In this document: positions 48,040-57,395 of the stretch, piece after piece
How positions within the stretch are numbered: position 1 is the first letter of the stretch
Layout: the number at the start of each line of letters is the position of its first letter
Assembly: GCA_023898465.1 (NCBI GenBank)
Contig: CP060223.1
Location: 864,001-928,000, forward strand
Length of the DNA: 64,000 nt
Direction of reading: 5' to 3'
Origin: Candidatus Nomurabacteria bacterium
GTDB taxonomy: Bacteria > Patescibacteriota > Patescibacteriia > HK-STAS-PATE-3
The notes under the pieces: generated by a model
Database searches by the model: none
What the model was told of the DNA's origin: nothing
What the model saw: the letters and a program-made list of their open reading frames with translations, nothing else
Translations under genes and position numbers: made by a program

Positions 48040-49908
48040 ATGCGTTCACTCTTCAAAAACTTCATCATCTTCGCGTTTATTTTCCTGGTTATTGCCGGGG
48101 TATTAAGCGTACTTAATAGTCCTCTTGGCTCTAGTCAAGAAGTGCCACTCAGTGATGCGCTGGCAAAAGTAAAAGCAGGTGAAGTAAAGGAAGTGGTGGT
48201 TGATGGAGCAAAACTGTCTCTGACACTGCAGGACGATCAGACCATTACCACGAAGAAAGAGGAAAGTGAATCATTCACCGAGCTCGCCCAGAACTATGGC
48301 ATCACCACTGAGCAATTAGATGCAGTGAAACTCAGCGTGAAGGTTGATTCAACTTCCGTTTGGCTCACCCCACTTCTCACTTTCCTGGTTCCATTCCTAC
48401 TCATTGGTGGATTCATTTGGTTCACCTTCCGACAAGTGCAAGGACAAAATAGTCGAGCGCTTTCTTTCGGACGGAGCAACCCTCGCCAGCAAGAACCACA
48501 AAAGCAAAGAAAGCGTGTGCTATTCAAGGACGTGGCTGGTGCCCAAGAATCCAAAGAAGAACTGAAAGAGGTGGTTGAATTCCTTAAGAGTCCGAAGAAG
48601 TTCCTGAGCCTAGGCGCGCGCATACCGCGTGGCGTCCTCCTCGTTGGCTCACCAGGAACAGGTAAGACACTACTCGCTAAAGCTATTGCTGGCGAGGCAG
48701 ACGTACCCTTCTTCAACATCTCTGGATCGGAATTCGTTGAAATGTTTGTTGGTGTGGGAGCTTCTCGCGTACGTGATCTTTTCCGCCGAGCGAAGAAAAG
48801 CGCTCCTTGCATTATCTTCATTGATGAAATTGACGCAGTCGGACGCCAACGCGGTGCCGGCATTGGCGGCAGCCATGATGAGCGTGAACAGACCCTGAAC
48901 CAAATCCTGGTGGAGATGGACGGCTTTGACACTGACACAAACGTGATTGTTATTGCCGCAACCAACCGACCTGACATTCTCGATCCAGCCTTGCTGCGCC
49001 CTGGTCGTTTTGACCGACGTGTTGTCATTGACCTGCCGGATCTGAACGATCGTGAGGCTATCTTAAAGGTACACGCGGATAAAAAGCCATTAGCTCCATC
49101 AGTAAACCTTCGCACCGTTGCTGAGCGCACCCCTGGTTTCTCTGGTGCTGATCTCGCAAACCTGTTGAATGAAGCGGCTATCCTGGCTGCGCGCGCCAAT
49201 CGCAAAAGCGTAGAAATGGATGACTGTCTGCAGGCAATCGAAAAAGTTATCCTGGGACCCGAGCGACGAAGCCGTGTTATCTCAGACAAGGAAAAGAAGA
49301 TTACCGCCTATCACGAAGGCGGACACGCTTTAGTCGGTCACGTGCTTCCAAATGTAGACCCAGTGCGCAAAATCTCAATCATTTCCCGAGGCATGGCTGG
49401 AGGCTACACATTAAAACTACCTTCTGAAGATAAACATTATCGCAGCAAGTCGGAATTCCTCGACGAGCTAGCTATGATGCTCGGTGGCTGGACAGCAGAA
49501 CGACTGATCTTCCATGACATTACGACCGGCGCTTCTAATGACTTAAAGGAAGCGACCGCCCTAGCTCGTCGGATTGTGACGCAATACGGTATGAGTGACG
49601 CATTAGGACCACGCACCTTTGGTCAAAAAGAAGAAATGGTCTTCTTGGGCCGTGAAATCCACGAACGTCGTGATTACTCAGAAAAAATTGCCCAGCAAAT
49701 CGACGAGGAAGTAAGCACAATCATCAAAGACGCGCAGCATCGAGCTGAAAAGATTCTCAATGAGCAGCGCGATATGCTCGAAAACATTGCTGCGTATCTC
49801 ATCGCTCACGAGACTATTGAACAAGAAGAGTTTGAAAAGCTCGTTGGCGCAAAAGAAGCAGCTACCCCAACTGAACACAAGACTGCTGAAGAAACAGTAC
49901 AGACATAG
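48040..49908 (+). CDS. ftsH: ATP-dependent zinc metalloprotease FtsH
   Basis: N-terminal TM pair, AAA Walker [17 protein letters not shown] zinc site. Confidence 0.95.
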   Translation: MRSLFKNFIIFAFIFLVIAGVLSVLNSPLGSSQEVPLSDALAKVKAGEVKEVVVDGAKLSLTLQDDQTITTKKEESESFTELAQNYGITTEQLDAVKLSVKVDSTSVWLTPLLTFLVPFLLIGGFIWFTFRQVQGQNSRALSFGRSNPRQQEPQKQRKRVLFKDVAGAQESKEELKEVVEFLKSPKKFLSLGARIPRGVLLVGSPGTGKTLLAKAIAGEADVPFFNISGSEFVEMFVGVGASRVRDLFRRAKKSAPCIIFIDEIDAVGRQRGAGIGGSHDEREQTLNQILVEMDGFDTDTNVIVIAATNRPDILDPALLRPGRFDRRVVIDLPDLNDREAILKVHADKKPLAPSVNLRTVAERTPGFSGADLANLLNEAAILAARANRKSVEMDDCLQAIEKVILGPERRSRVISDKEKKITAYHEGGHALVGHVLPNVDPVRKISIISRGMAGGYTLKLPSEDKHYRSKSEFLDELAMMLGGWTAERLIFHDITTGASNDLKEATALARRIVTQYGMSDALGPRTFGQKEEMVFLGREIHERRDYSEKIAQQIDEEVSTIIKDAQHRAEKILNEQRDMLENIAAYLIAHETIEQEEFEKLVGAKEAATPTEHKTAEETVQT

Positions 49909-49961
49909 TTGCGACGCTTGGGGTAAAAGTGGTATACTCTCGATAGGGGAAAACAGAATTC

Positions 49962-50888
49962 ATGCATTTCTATCGAGATATTCTCAAGCGCGCCTGGCAA
50001 GTAACCTACCGAAATCCATTCTTATGGTTCTTCGGGGTTTTTGCCGCACTCGCGGGTAACGGAGAGCAATACGACAGCTTCTTTGACAACGTGAGCTTTG
50101 TAGGAAACCTGCAGTTCAACATGGATCAACTGCGCGAAGCTCACATGGATGGTAAGCTAAATGAATTCTGGTCCAACTTTACCGTTTCCTTCGGTGATAA
50201 TGTTGGCTCCATGCTTCTACTGCTTTTTGTAGCTCTGGTGATCCTCTTCCTTTTCTTCTGGCTCGTCACTATTAGCCAGGCTGCGCTTATTCGCAGTGCC
50301 CAAAACTCATCTGAGAATAAACCGATTGCCTTTCTCGATATTTTTGGAGCTGCTATTCACCGATTCTGGCCACTCTTCCGCCTCAACCTCATTGTCGTAC
50401 TCTTTATCTACGGTCCGCTTGTGCTGCTTGGCTTACCAGCCCTGATTATTTATCTTGATTCTGGTAGCTTAGTTTGGTCAGTGGGACTTAGCCTGCTTGC
50501 CTTCCTTTTCCTTATTCCGATCGGCATCGTCCTCGCCTTCTTAACTAAGTTTGCCAGCGCCTACATAGTGCTTGAAGGACAATCCGCCCTCCAGGGTATT
50601 CGAAGTGCTCTTCAGCTCTTCCGAAAGAACTGGTTAGTGGCTGTTGAAACTGGTCTCCTCCTCCTCATCATCAACTTCATCTACGCTTTTGTTGCGGTGA
50701 GCATTATGACTATGCTGGGCTTCCCTCTCACCCAGGCTGGCGTGGTTGCCTTCACCGTAGTAATGATAATTCTGGGCTCAATCTACGCGGTATTCCGTTA
50801 TACGACCTGGACTATGCTTTGGCGAGAACTAGTGAATGACAAAGGCACTGCTAAGCTTGTTCGCCTCTTTCAAAACAAGGAACAATAA
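49962..50888 (+). CDS. Polytopic membrane protein, unknown function
   Basis: About 6 TM helices. No motif recognised. Confidence 0.45.
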   Translation: MHFYRDILKRAWQVTYRNPFLWFFGVFAALAGNGEQYDSFFDNVSFVGNLQFNMDQLREAHMDGKLNEFWSNFTVSFGDNVGSMLLLLFVALVILFLFFWLVTISQAALIRSAQNSSENKPIAFLDIFGAAIHRFWPLFRLNLIVVLFIYGPLVLLGLPALIIYLDSGSLVWSVGLSLLAFLFLIPIGIVLAFLTKFASAYIVLEGQSALQGIRSALQLFRKNWLVAVETGLLLLIINFIYAFVAVSIMTMLGFPLTQAGVVAFTVVMIILGSIYAVFRYTTWTMLWRELVNDKGTAKLVRLFQNKEQ

Positions 50889-50912
50889 GAAGGACTACGG
50901 AGCATACAGGCA

Positions 50913-50936
50913 CAACGGGCTTCTTGCCCGTTTTTT
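50913..50936 (+). terminator. Rho-independent terminator
   Basis: aacgggc-ttctt-gcccgtt followed by TTTTTT. Confidence 0.7.
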
Positions 50937-50955
50937 AGACTTGGCGAAAGAGGTA

Positions 50956-50984
50956 TTGCCTGCTAGAATCGAAACCGCTTTACT
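50956..50984 (+). promoter_or_regulatory. Putative promoter of tRNA-Ile(TAT) (TTGCCT-17-TTTACT)
   Basis: The spacing is 17 nt. The -10 ends 8 nt before the mature tRNA 5' end. Confidence 0.35.
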
Positions 50985-50992
50985 ACATACAT

Positions 50993-51068
50993 GCGCGCCT
51001 AGCTCAATGGTTAGAGCAGTCGGCTTATATCCGACCGGTTCCAGGTTCGAGCCCTGGGGCGCGCACCA
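50993..51068 (+). tRNA. tRNA with anticodon TAT (Ile, AUA-reading), CCA encoded
   Basis: Acceptor gcgcgcc/ggcgcgc, anticodon stem gtcgg/ccgac, loop cuUAUau, T-loop ttcgagc. Confidence 0.7.
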
Positions 51069-51117
51069 GGCTTAAAATGAAAACGACCGTAGCGAATTGC
51101 TGCGGCCGTCTTAGTGT

Positions 51118-51531
51118 TCATTCCTCCTGCCTTGGTGGAGCAACGGGCTCATCTTCAAGGAAACGAGCTTCCGGAAAAGCCACCTCCAGGACACCTAAGA
51201 GATCCTTTGTAGACTGTCCTCTCTTAGGTCCAACATAGAACGCCTGCTCGGCAGTTTCACCATCAGACTCCACCCTCACTACCAAGCGAGGTTGAGTGCC
51301 CTTATGCACGCGCACACCAGCTGGATCCGACCCATTTACCCGATGTAAACCTCCCTCCCGACGTACAGCGAGATCAAGTCGACCAAGTTGAACACGAAAG
51401 TCATGGGCTTTCCTGCGGAGCTCCGGATGCGTACAAGTAGACGTAAGCGGCGCTTCATTTGGCCTGGGTAGATGCCCAAAGTCCACGTGCATGCTTCCTC
51501 TTCTACTTCCCATGGAATACCTCCATAACAA
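51118..51531 (-). CDS. Hypothetical protein, GC-rich (weak Hsp20-like resemblance only)
   Basis: ORF present. ...GVLEVAFPEARF faintly recalls an alpha-crystallin C-terminus. The assignment is not secure. Confidence 0.35.
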   Translation of the reverse strand: MLWRYSMGSRRGSMHVDFGHLPRPNEAPLTSTCTHPELRRKAHDFRVQLGRLDLAVRREGGLHRVNGSDPAGVRVHKGTQPRLVVRVESDGETAEQAFYVGPKRGQSTKDLLGVLEVAFPEARFLEDEPVAPPRQEE

Positions 51532-51636
51532 AAACTCAAAGAGCCGCCCTCAAAGTACCCTAGGAACATGTCATCGTCAAATGTGGCGTCCGCTTGACCA
51601 GAAGCCCTGTTCTCGCTACACTCTACGGCGTTATAT

Positions 51637-51713
51637 GGGCGGTTAGCTCAGTTGGTTAGAGCGCTACCTCGACACGGTAGAGGTCAGAGGTTCGACTCCT
51701 CTACCGCCCACCA
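51637..51713 (+). tRNA. tRNA-Val (anticodon GAC), CCA encoded; unusual C at position 33
   Basis: Identical to tRNA-Val(TAC) at 57204 except in the anticodon stem-loop. The loop reads tcGACac. Confidence 0.7.
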
Positions 51714-51734
51714 CCATTAATGAGACCTGTCAGT

Positions 51735-52478
51735 CTACATAAAAGTAAACTGGCGGCCTTTTGCTTTTTTCACTAAGCGCAATACCTCATCCATGTCATC
51801 AGTGATGGTATATAACTGTGCGTCTTTTTTGCTAATTGCACCATCTTGCAACATTCGCTTGCGAATAAATGCATCAAGATCACACCAATACTCGCACCCA
51901 AAAAGAATGAGTGGGCGTTTATCAATCTTCCCATTCTGAATAAGAGTAGCAATGGTAAAAAACTCATCGAGTGTTCCAAAACCTCCTGGAAAAAATACAT
52001 AGGCGCGCGATGAGGTAGACATCATAGTCTTACGCGAGAAGAAATAGTAAAACCCAATGCCCCGCTGCACCCACTTATTCATGCGTTGCTCGTACGGTAA
52101 TTGAATGTTAAGACCAATCGATTCAGCCTTTACCTCGACAGCGCCCCGATTTGCAGCCTCCATAATACCTGGCCCGCCGCCGGTCACAATAGTATACCCA
52201 GCCTTACCTAACTTCTTAGCAAGCAAGCGTGCCTGCTTATATTCTTTTTCATTTTCTCCAGTTCGAGCTGAGCCAAAAATAGTCACGGGATGCTTCAACT
52301 CCGAGATAAATTCAAAGCCATCAATAAACTCGGACAGAATGCGAAAAATCCGCCAAGAAATATTATTTTTAAAATCAAAAGGTTGCACATGTCGCTCTGG
52401 CTTCGCCTTTGGACTGAGCTGGGAGGGATGAGTAATGTGCTCCTCTACTGTATTCATGTCTGTTTTTTTGCTTGGCAT
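51735..52478 (-). CDS. LOG family protein (TIGR00730; cytokinin riboside 5'-monophosphate phosphoribohydrolase-like)
   Basis: VTGGGPGIMEAANRGA and PGGFGTLDE motifs. Confidence 0.85.
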   Translation of the reverse strand: MPSKKTDMNTVEEHITHPSQLSPKAKPERHVQPFDFKNNISWRIFRILSEFIDGFEFISELKHPVTIFGSARTGENEKEYKQARLLAKKLGKAGYTIVTGGGPGIMEAANRGAVEVKAESIGLNIQLPYEQRMNKWVQRGIGFYYFFSRKTMMSTSSRAYVFFPGGFGTLDEFFTIATLIQNGKIDKRPLILFGCEYWCDLDAFIRKRMLQDGAISKKDAQLYTITDDMDEVLRLVKKAKGRQFTFM

Positions 52479-52585
52479 GGGTACTCAATGAAAAGATAAA
52501 CTCCTTACAGCATAGCAGAGCCTGGCCTGAGCGTCACTGCCATAAGCATTGCTGTCTCGACGCTCATTTGCTAGGCTATAGCTAT

Positions 52586-53137
52586 ATGGCACCAATCGAA
52601 TCAACCCAAGCAAAACTAGGCAGCGAATTACCCGATTTCAATCTCATCGGTACAGGCGGAGGTATGAATGCGCCTCGTGATTTCGCAGATTATAAAGTGT
52701 TGGTGGTTGCCTTTATTTGTAATCACTGTCCATACGCCAAGGCAGCTATTCCGCGCCTTATTAAGCTGCAAGAGGAATATCTAGAGAAGAGCGTCATGTT
52801 TGTCGGTATCAATGCCAATGATCCAAAGGAATACCCTGAGGATGACATGGAACACATGACAAAGTACGCCCAAGAATGGGGCATGAACTTCCCTTACCTG
52901 GTAGACGATACCCAGGAAGTTGCCAAGGCTTTTGGCGCGGTTTGCACTCCGGATATCTTCGTCTATGACCGTGACCGTAAGCTTGCCTACCATGGACGAA
53001 TTGATGATAACTGGCAGGATGAGGAACAGGTAAGCACCTATGATCTCAAGGAAGCGTTGGAAGCACTGATTATTGGTGCGGATGTGAATCCAGAACAGCA
53101 TCCATCCATGGGCTGCTCGATTAAGTGGAAGCAGTAG
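52586..53137 (+). CDS. Thioredoxin-fold (redoxin/TlpA-like) protein
   Basis: CNHCPY active-site motif in a Trx-fold context. The start is set at the internal Met; the track ORF begins at 52472. Confidence 0.55.
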   Translation: MAPIESTQAKLGSELPDFNLIGTGGGMNAPRDFADYKVLVVAFICNHCPYAKAAIPRLIKLQEEYLEKSVMFVGINANDPKEYPEDDMEHMTKYAQEWGMNFPYLVDDTQEVAKAFGAVCTPDIFVYDRDRKLAYHGRIDDNWQDEEQVSTYDLKEALEALIIGADVNPEQHPSMGCSIKWKQ

Positions 53138-53229
53138 ATAGGATTTCGCTAAGCTTACCAAGATAGTAAAGATGCAATCGAATATGAGTTTATTCGATAT
53201 TTTGGAATTGGCATTCGTGCTACAATAGT

Positions 53230-54714
53230 GTGGCTATGACGCATTCAGTACTTAGCTCTCGACTTACTCAAGTTCCCATTCTTCCAGCACTTCGAAACCT
53301 GCAGAAGGCCTATGCATCTGCCGAGGTATATGTTGTTGGTGGAGCAATACGCGATGCCCTACTCAAACGAAAGGGTGGAGATATTGACTATCTTATTCGA
53401 AATGTTTCTTATGCAAATCTCGCGCGCCATTTGCAAAAGAGTGGCAGCGCTCAACTTGTTGGCAAACATTTTGGTGTTATCAAATATTCTCCACGTGGAA
53501 CAAAAGAGATATACGATATTGCCCTGCCTCGCTTAGAGCACTCTTTGCACATGAGTGGGGCCTATCATGACTTTGCGGTGCAGTCAGATCCTAAACTCCC
53601 AGTTGCTGAGGATCTCAAGCGACGCGACTTCACTATTAACGCCATGGCCTGGAATATTCATAGCGGCGAATTTGTAGATCCAAGCAATGGTCTGGCTGAC
53701 CTCGTCGCAAAAAAAATCCGGACTGTAGGTAACCCGAAGCAACGCTTCCAAGAAGACTACACTCGTCTACTTCGCGCTCTACGTTTTGCAGTTGAGCTAG
53801 ATTTTCAAATTGAGGATTCTAGCTGGCGCATTTTGAAACAACTGATTGGTAACCTTAGTAACCGCGTACTCCCACGTGAAGCAATTGCGGCTGAGCTAGT
53901 AAAAATGTTTGCTCGAGCGCCCCTGGCTACGGTTGACGCACTAGAAAATTCGGGTGCGCTACGCGTGCTCATGCCTGAAGCGCATGAAATGAAACGAGTT
54001 GTCCAGCCCGTGCTTCATCATCGCGAAGGATCAGTCTGGCAGCATGCCCACCTCAGCTTAGAAGCGTACACACACCCTGAATTCCGTCGGCGTTTCCCTA
54101 AATTCAAACCTGATGCTGAGCTCTACTTCGCAACCTGGATGCACGACATTGCCAAATCCGTCACTATGAAGCATGTCGGTTCGCACAGCACAAAGCCGCA
54201 CTACAAAAATCATGCTTCTGTAGGCGCGCATATGGCCGTCCGTATTGCTGAACGATTAAAGCTATCTTCAGCCGGTGGTCAAATTCTTCCACGCCGACTC
54301 GATTGGCTGTTGAGAAACCACCTTGTCCGCCTCAAAGTACATGAGCTAGATTTAGATGAAGTAGAACATCTTTTTTGCAACCCCAATCTACCAGGCGAAA
54401 AATTACTCGCTTTAAATTTTGCAGATGCCTGGGCATCAATTCCAGAAGAGGGCGGGCATGACCTCCGTGACCTTGATGCACTAATGAAAAAAATTGCTCT
54501 AGTAAAAAAACGTGGATTCAAAAAAGGTAAGCCGTATCACCTACTAAGCGGAAAAGACGTCATGAAAGGCATGCAAGTTTCTGCTGGACCTCAGGTCGGT
54601 AGTTTCCTCAGCCTGGTTCGCTATCAGCAACTAGAGGGCAAGTTGCTAAGTAAAGCGGCCGCGCTAAAATATCTTGCGCAATATTACCAATCAAAGCTAA
54701 AGAAATCCTCATGA
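53230..54714 (+). CDS. cca: CCA-adding enzyme / poly(A) polymerase family nucleotidyltransferase with HD domain
   Basis: GGAIRDALL...GDIDY head motif. RRDFTINAMAW. A later HD region. Confidence 0.75.
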   Translation: MAMTHSVLSSRLTQVPILPALRNLQKAYASAEVYVVGGAIRDALLKRKGGDIDYLIRNVSYANLARHLQKSGSAQLVGKHFGVIKYSPRGTKEIYDIALPRLEHSLHMSGAYHDFAVQSDPKLPVAEDLKRRDFTINAMAWNIHSGEFVDPSNGLADLVAKKIRTVGNPKQRFQEDYTRLLRALRFAVELDFQIEDSSWRILKQLIGNLSNRVLPREAIAAELVKMFARAPLATVDALENSGALRVLMPEAHEMKRVVQPVLHHREGSVWQHAHLSLEAYTHPEFRRRFPKFKPDAELYFATWMHDIAKSVTMKHVGSHSTKPHYKNHASVGAHMAVRIAERLKLSSAGGQILPRRLDWLLRNHLVRLKVHELDLDEVEHLFCNPNLPGEKLLALNFADAWASIPEEGGHDLRDLDALMKKIALVKKRGFKKGKPYHLLSGKDVMKGMQVSAGPQVGSFLSLVRYQQLEGKLLSKAAALKYLAQYYQSKLKKSS

Positions 54715-55649
54715 ACATTGCCGCTATAGAAAAAGATATCGAAGTAGACGCCGCACATGACGGGGCGCGTTTAGATCGCTTCCTGGTTGATCATATTGAG
54801 GGCATTTCACGCGCTGAGCTGCAACGTTGGATTAAGCAAGGTGAGGTTCGAGTGAATGGGAAAAATGCTATTCCTCATCAAGCGCTGAAAGTTTGCGATC
54901 GCATTCACATCGAGCACCAAGCATCCGAACAACACACGCCGGATGCTCTAGCTGCTATTCAAGTGCTAGCCGAAGAAAAAGATTTCCTCATCATCTCAAA
55001 ACCTTCTGGCGTCCTCATGCACGCCACACCAAATTCGCACGAACAAACTTTAGCTGACTGGCTACTCGCGCACTACCCCGAGTTGCATGGTGTCGGCGAA
55101 GATCCTACACGACCTGGCATTGTGCATCGCCTTGATCGTGACGTATCCGGCCTCCTGCTCGTTGCCCGCACTCCAGACGCATTCATCTATTATAAAAATC
55201 TTTTTCAGGAACGGGCAATGGAAAAAGTATATATTGCCTTAGCTCACGGGAGCGTTGAAGAAGATGGAATGATTGAACTGCCCATCTCCCGTTCTCAATC
55301 AAACCGCCGGAGGATGGCAGCCCGAGCTGATGGTATAGGACGTCCGGCAATTACCGCCTATCATATTTTGAAGCGCTATCCTCATCTGACCTTACTTGAG
55401 GTGAAGCCAAAGACTGGACGCATGCATCAAATCCGCGTCCATCTCAATGCCATTGGCCACCCGATTGTGGGCGACCGTCTCTATGTAAAAAAGGCCAGCA
55501 AGGCCACCCAACTGCGACGACCCTTCCTCCATGCCCATAAACTAGCCTTTGTCGACCAAGAGGGCAAAGAAAGGGCCTATACTCTAGCAATACCCCAGGA
55601 ATTACAGGAGTATCTGGATACGCTTGACGAGAAACACGAAAATAGCTAG
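54711..55649 (+). CDS. rluD: RluA-family pseudouridine synthase (RluD-like, with S4 domain)
   Basis: S4 RNA-binding N-terminus. Catalytic [15 protein letters not shown]. Confidence 0.8.
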   Translation: MNIAAIEKDIEVDAAHDGARLDRFLVDHIEGISRAELQRWIKQGEVRVNGKNAIPHQALKVCDRIHIEHQASEQHTPDALAAIQVLAEEKDFLIISKPSGVLMHATPNSHEQTLADWLLAHYPELHGVGEDPTRPGIVHRLDRDVSGLLLVARTPDAFIYYKNLFQERAMEKVYIALAHGSVEEDGMIELPISRSQSNRRRMAARADGIGRPAITAYHILKRYPHLTLLEVKPKTGRMHQIRVHLNAIGHPIVGDRLYVKKASKATQLRRPFLHAHKLAFVDQEGKERAYTLAIPQELQEYLDTLDEKHENS

Positions 55650-55689
55650 ACTGAGGGCCGATTTACATTTTCATTACTTTAGAAAAAAC

Positions 55690-56025
55690 ATGTCAGAAAC
55701 ACTAGCTCCGCTGCATGACAGCCTTCCTGAAGTGAAGTCAGGTCAGCAGGTCCGAGTCCATCAAAAAATCAGCGAGGGGGACAAGGAACGCAATCAGGTT
55801 TTTGAAGGCGTTGTCTTAAAGCGCAGTGGCGGCAAAGGCCCATCAGCCAGTATTACTGTTCGCAAAATTGGTGCTGGTGGCATTGGTGTAGAACGCATCT
55901 TCCCTCTTCATTCACCTGTCATCACCAAGGTTGAAGTAGTGGGTGAAGCAAAGACACGACGAGCAAATCTCAGCTATCTCCGTAAGCCTCGCGCCAAGCA
56001 GCTGAAGATGAAGTCAGTCAAATAA
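55690..56025 (+). CDS. rplS: 50S ribosomal protein L19
   Basis: [33 protein letters not shown]...[21 protein letters not shown]. The start is set at MSETLAP. Confidence 0.85.
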   Translation: MSETLAPLHDSLPEVKSGQQVRVHQKISEGDKERNQVFEGVVLKRSGGKGPSASITVRKIGAGGIGVERIFPLHSPVITKVEVVGEAKTRRANLSYLRKPRAKQLKMKSVK

Positions 56026-56028
56026 GTT

Positions 56029-56112
56029 CCTGCGCGGGTGGCGGAACCCCGAACCACGCAGGGTTCGGGAGTCCTGCACCTCACAAGGTGCAGGGTGGGA
56101 GTAAACATTATG
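56029..56112 (+). repeat. Partial duplicate of the tRNA-Leu(GAG) 5' end (17 nt) plus two GC-rich hairpins preceding the GIY-YIG ORF
   Basis: ctgcgcgggtggcggaa is identical at 56030 and 56386. It is followed by cccgaacc-acgca-ggttcggg and cctgcacc-tcacaa-ggtgcagg. Confidence 0.55.
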
Positions 56113-56122
56113 TACTCTTACT

Positions 56123-56371
56123 ATGTCATTCGTTTATATCCTGCTACTTAATAATCAAGAGCTCTACGTCGGATTTACTGCCGACCTTAATCGACGACTT
56201 GAAGAGCATCAACTAGGTAGGAGTGGTTACACAAGTAAGTACCTACCAGTAAAACTACTTTTTTATGAAGCCTTTACCAGCGAAGTGGATGCGCGGCGAA
56301 GAGAGAAATATTTAAAAACGAGTAAAGGTAAATCAACGATACGGATGATGCTCCGTACTACACTGCAGTAA
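56123..56371 (+). CDS. GIY-YIG nuclease family protein (82 aa)
   Basis: FVYILL...LYVGFTADLNRRLEEH...Y. Paralog of 30154..30429. Lies immediately 5' of tRNA-Leu. Confidence 0.7.
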   Translation: MSFVYILLLNNQELYVGFTADLNRRLEEHQLGRSGYTSKYLPVKLLFYEAFTSEVDARRREKYLKTSKGKSTIRMMLRTTLQ

Positions 56372-56388
56372 TATATCTGCGCGGGTGG

Positions 56389-56474
56389 CGGAATGGTATA
56401 CGCGCTAGCTTGAGGTGCTAGTGGCCGCAAGGCCTTGGAGGTTCAAGTCCTCTCCCGCGCACCACGTGAAGCGT
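56389..56474 (+). tRNA. tRNA-Leu (anticodon GAG), CCA encoded
   Basis: Acceptor gcgcggg/cccgcgc, loop uuGAGgu, long variable arm. Confidence 0.75.
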
Positions 56475-56575
56475 GGTGCTAAATAGCTGAGCAAAATTAG
56501 ACATACCACCGTAGCAAAAGCTGCGTTGCTTTTAAATTGGATAGACTCTTCACTGCTTAAACTCAAATGGTCTTC

Positions 56576-56797
56576 TCAGATGAGTATTAGCAAAACACAC
56601 ACAAGAATTTGCCCTAGGAGAAGTCCTGCACCAACCTGACGACGACCATCAATAATCCGTGCAAATCCAAGTGCAAAGAAAACTATAAAACCGCCTGATA
56701 CAAAAACTAAACTAGCAGGCGCTTGCATGAGCGCTATGTTCCATGCAAAAAACTGATAGAGAAAACTGAGAACGCAAAAAATTATTACTTTTTTCAT
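56576..56797 (-). CDS. Small two-TM membrane protein (73 aa)
   Basis: Hydrophobicity only. Confidence 0.3.
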   Translation of the reverse strand: MKKVIIFCVLSFLYQFFAWNIALMQAPASLVFVSGGFIVFFALGFARIIDGRRQVGAGLLLGQILVCVLLILI

Positions 56798-56923
56798 AAA
56801 AGGAAATGGACATCGTATTTGTATATATTTAATCGCACGCCTAGCTCTTTTGTTTCATGAAAGCTCGCTGTATTAATTCCAAAATCATGCTACTATGCTA
56901 GCAAGTAATTTTACTCTACCTCT

Positions 56924-57163
56924 ATGAAAAAAATTCTCGCTACCTTTTCATTCATACTTTTAGCCAGTCCATCCATTGCCTCAGCCCACACTGGCGTAGA
57001 ACACACAGGGACTTTTTGGCATATTTTTCTCCACCTGCTTAGCGAACCAGATCACATCTTCATAATAGGATCTATCGTTATCCTGGGTTATGGCGTACTG
57101 CTTCATACGAAACCACAGAGGAGTTTATCTCGTGTTCCACGTGGAAGCATTGCTAAGTATTGA
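56924..57163 (+). CDS. Small secreted/membrane protein (79 aa) with His-rich motif
   Basis: Signal peptide MKKILATFSFILLASPSIASA, HTGVEHTGTFWH, then a TM segment. Confidence 0.3.
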   Translation: MKKILATFSFILLASPSIASAHTGVEHTGTFWHIFLHLLSEPDHIFIIGSIVILGYGVLLHTKPQRSLSRVPRGSIAKY

Positions 57164-57203
57164 CTTCCCTAGGCTAATCGCGTAATAATCAGGCCTGTCC
57201 CAT

Positions 57204-57280
57204 GGGCGGTTAGCTCAGTTGGTTAGAGCGCCTCGTTTACACCGAGGAGGTCGGGGGTTCGACTCCCTCACCGCCCACCA
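57204..57280 (+). tRNA. tRNA-Val (anticodon TAC), CCA encoded
   Basis: Anticodon stem cctcg/cgagg, loop uuUACac. Confidence 0.8.
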
Positions 57281-57355
57281 CACTTAGCGTGGCCGACCAT
57301 ACAAACCATGGCTAGTAATTGAGGACGCGCTCTATAGATGTAAGTAGTGACTTTT

Positions 57356-57364
57356 TGCTATACT
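57356..57364 (+). promoter_or_regulatory. Extended -10 (TGcTATACT) upstream of ugd
   Basis: Located 32 nt upstream of the ATG at 57396. Confidence 0.35.
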
Positions 57365-57395
57365 CATCAGGTACTAACTCCTAACTTTTTATTTC

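Noticed and set aside
48294-49289. 331-aa minus-strand ORF
   Set aside because: Antisense to ftsH, whose identity is unambiguous. Arg/Ser-rich low-complexity translation typical of antisense frames.
51118-51531. Hsp20/alpha-crystallin assignment
   Set aside because: Only a faint C-terminal resemblance. The core ACD motifs were not convincingly alignable by eye. Left as hypothetical.
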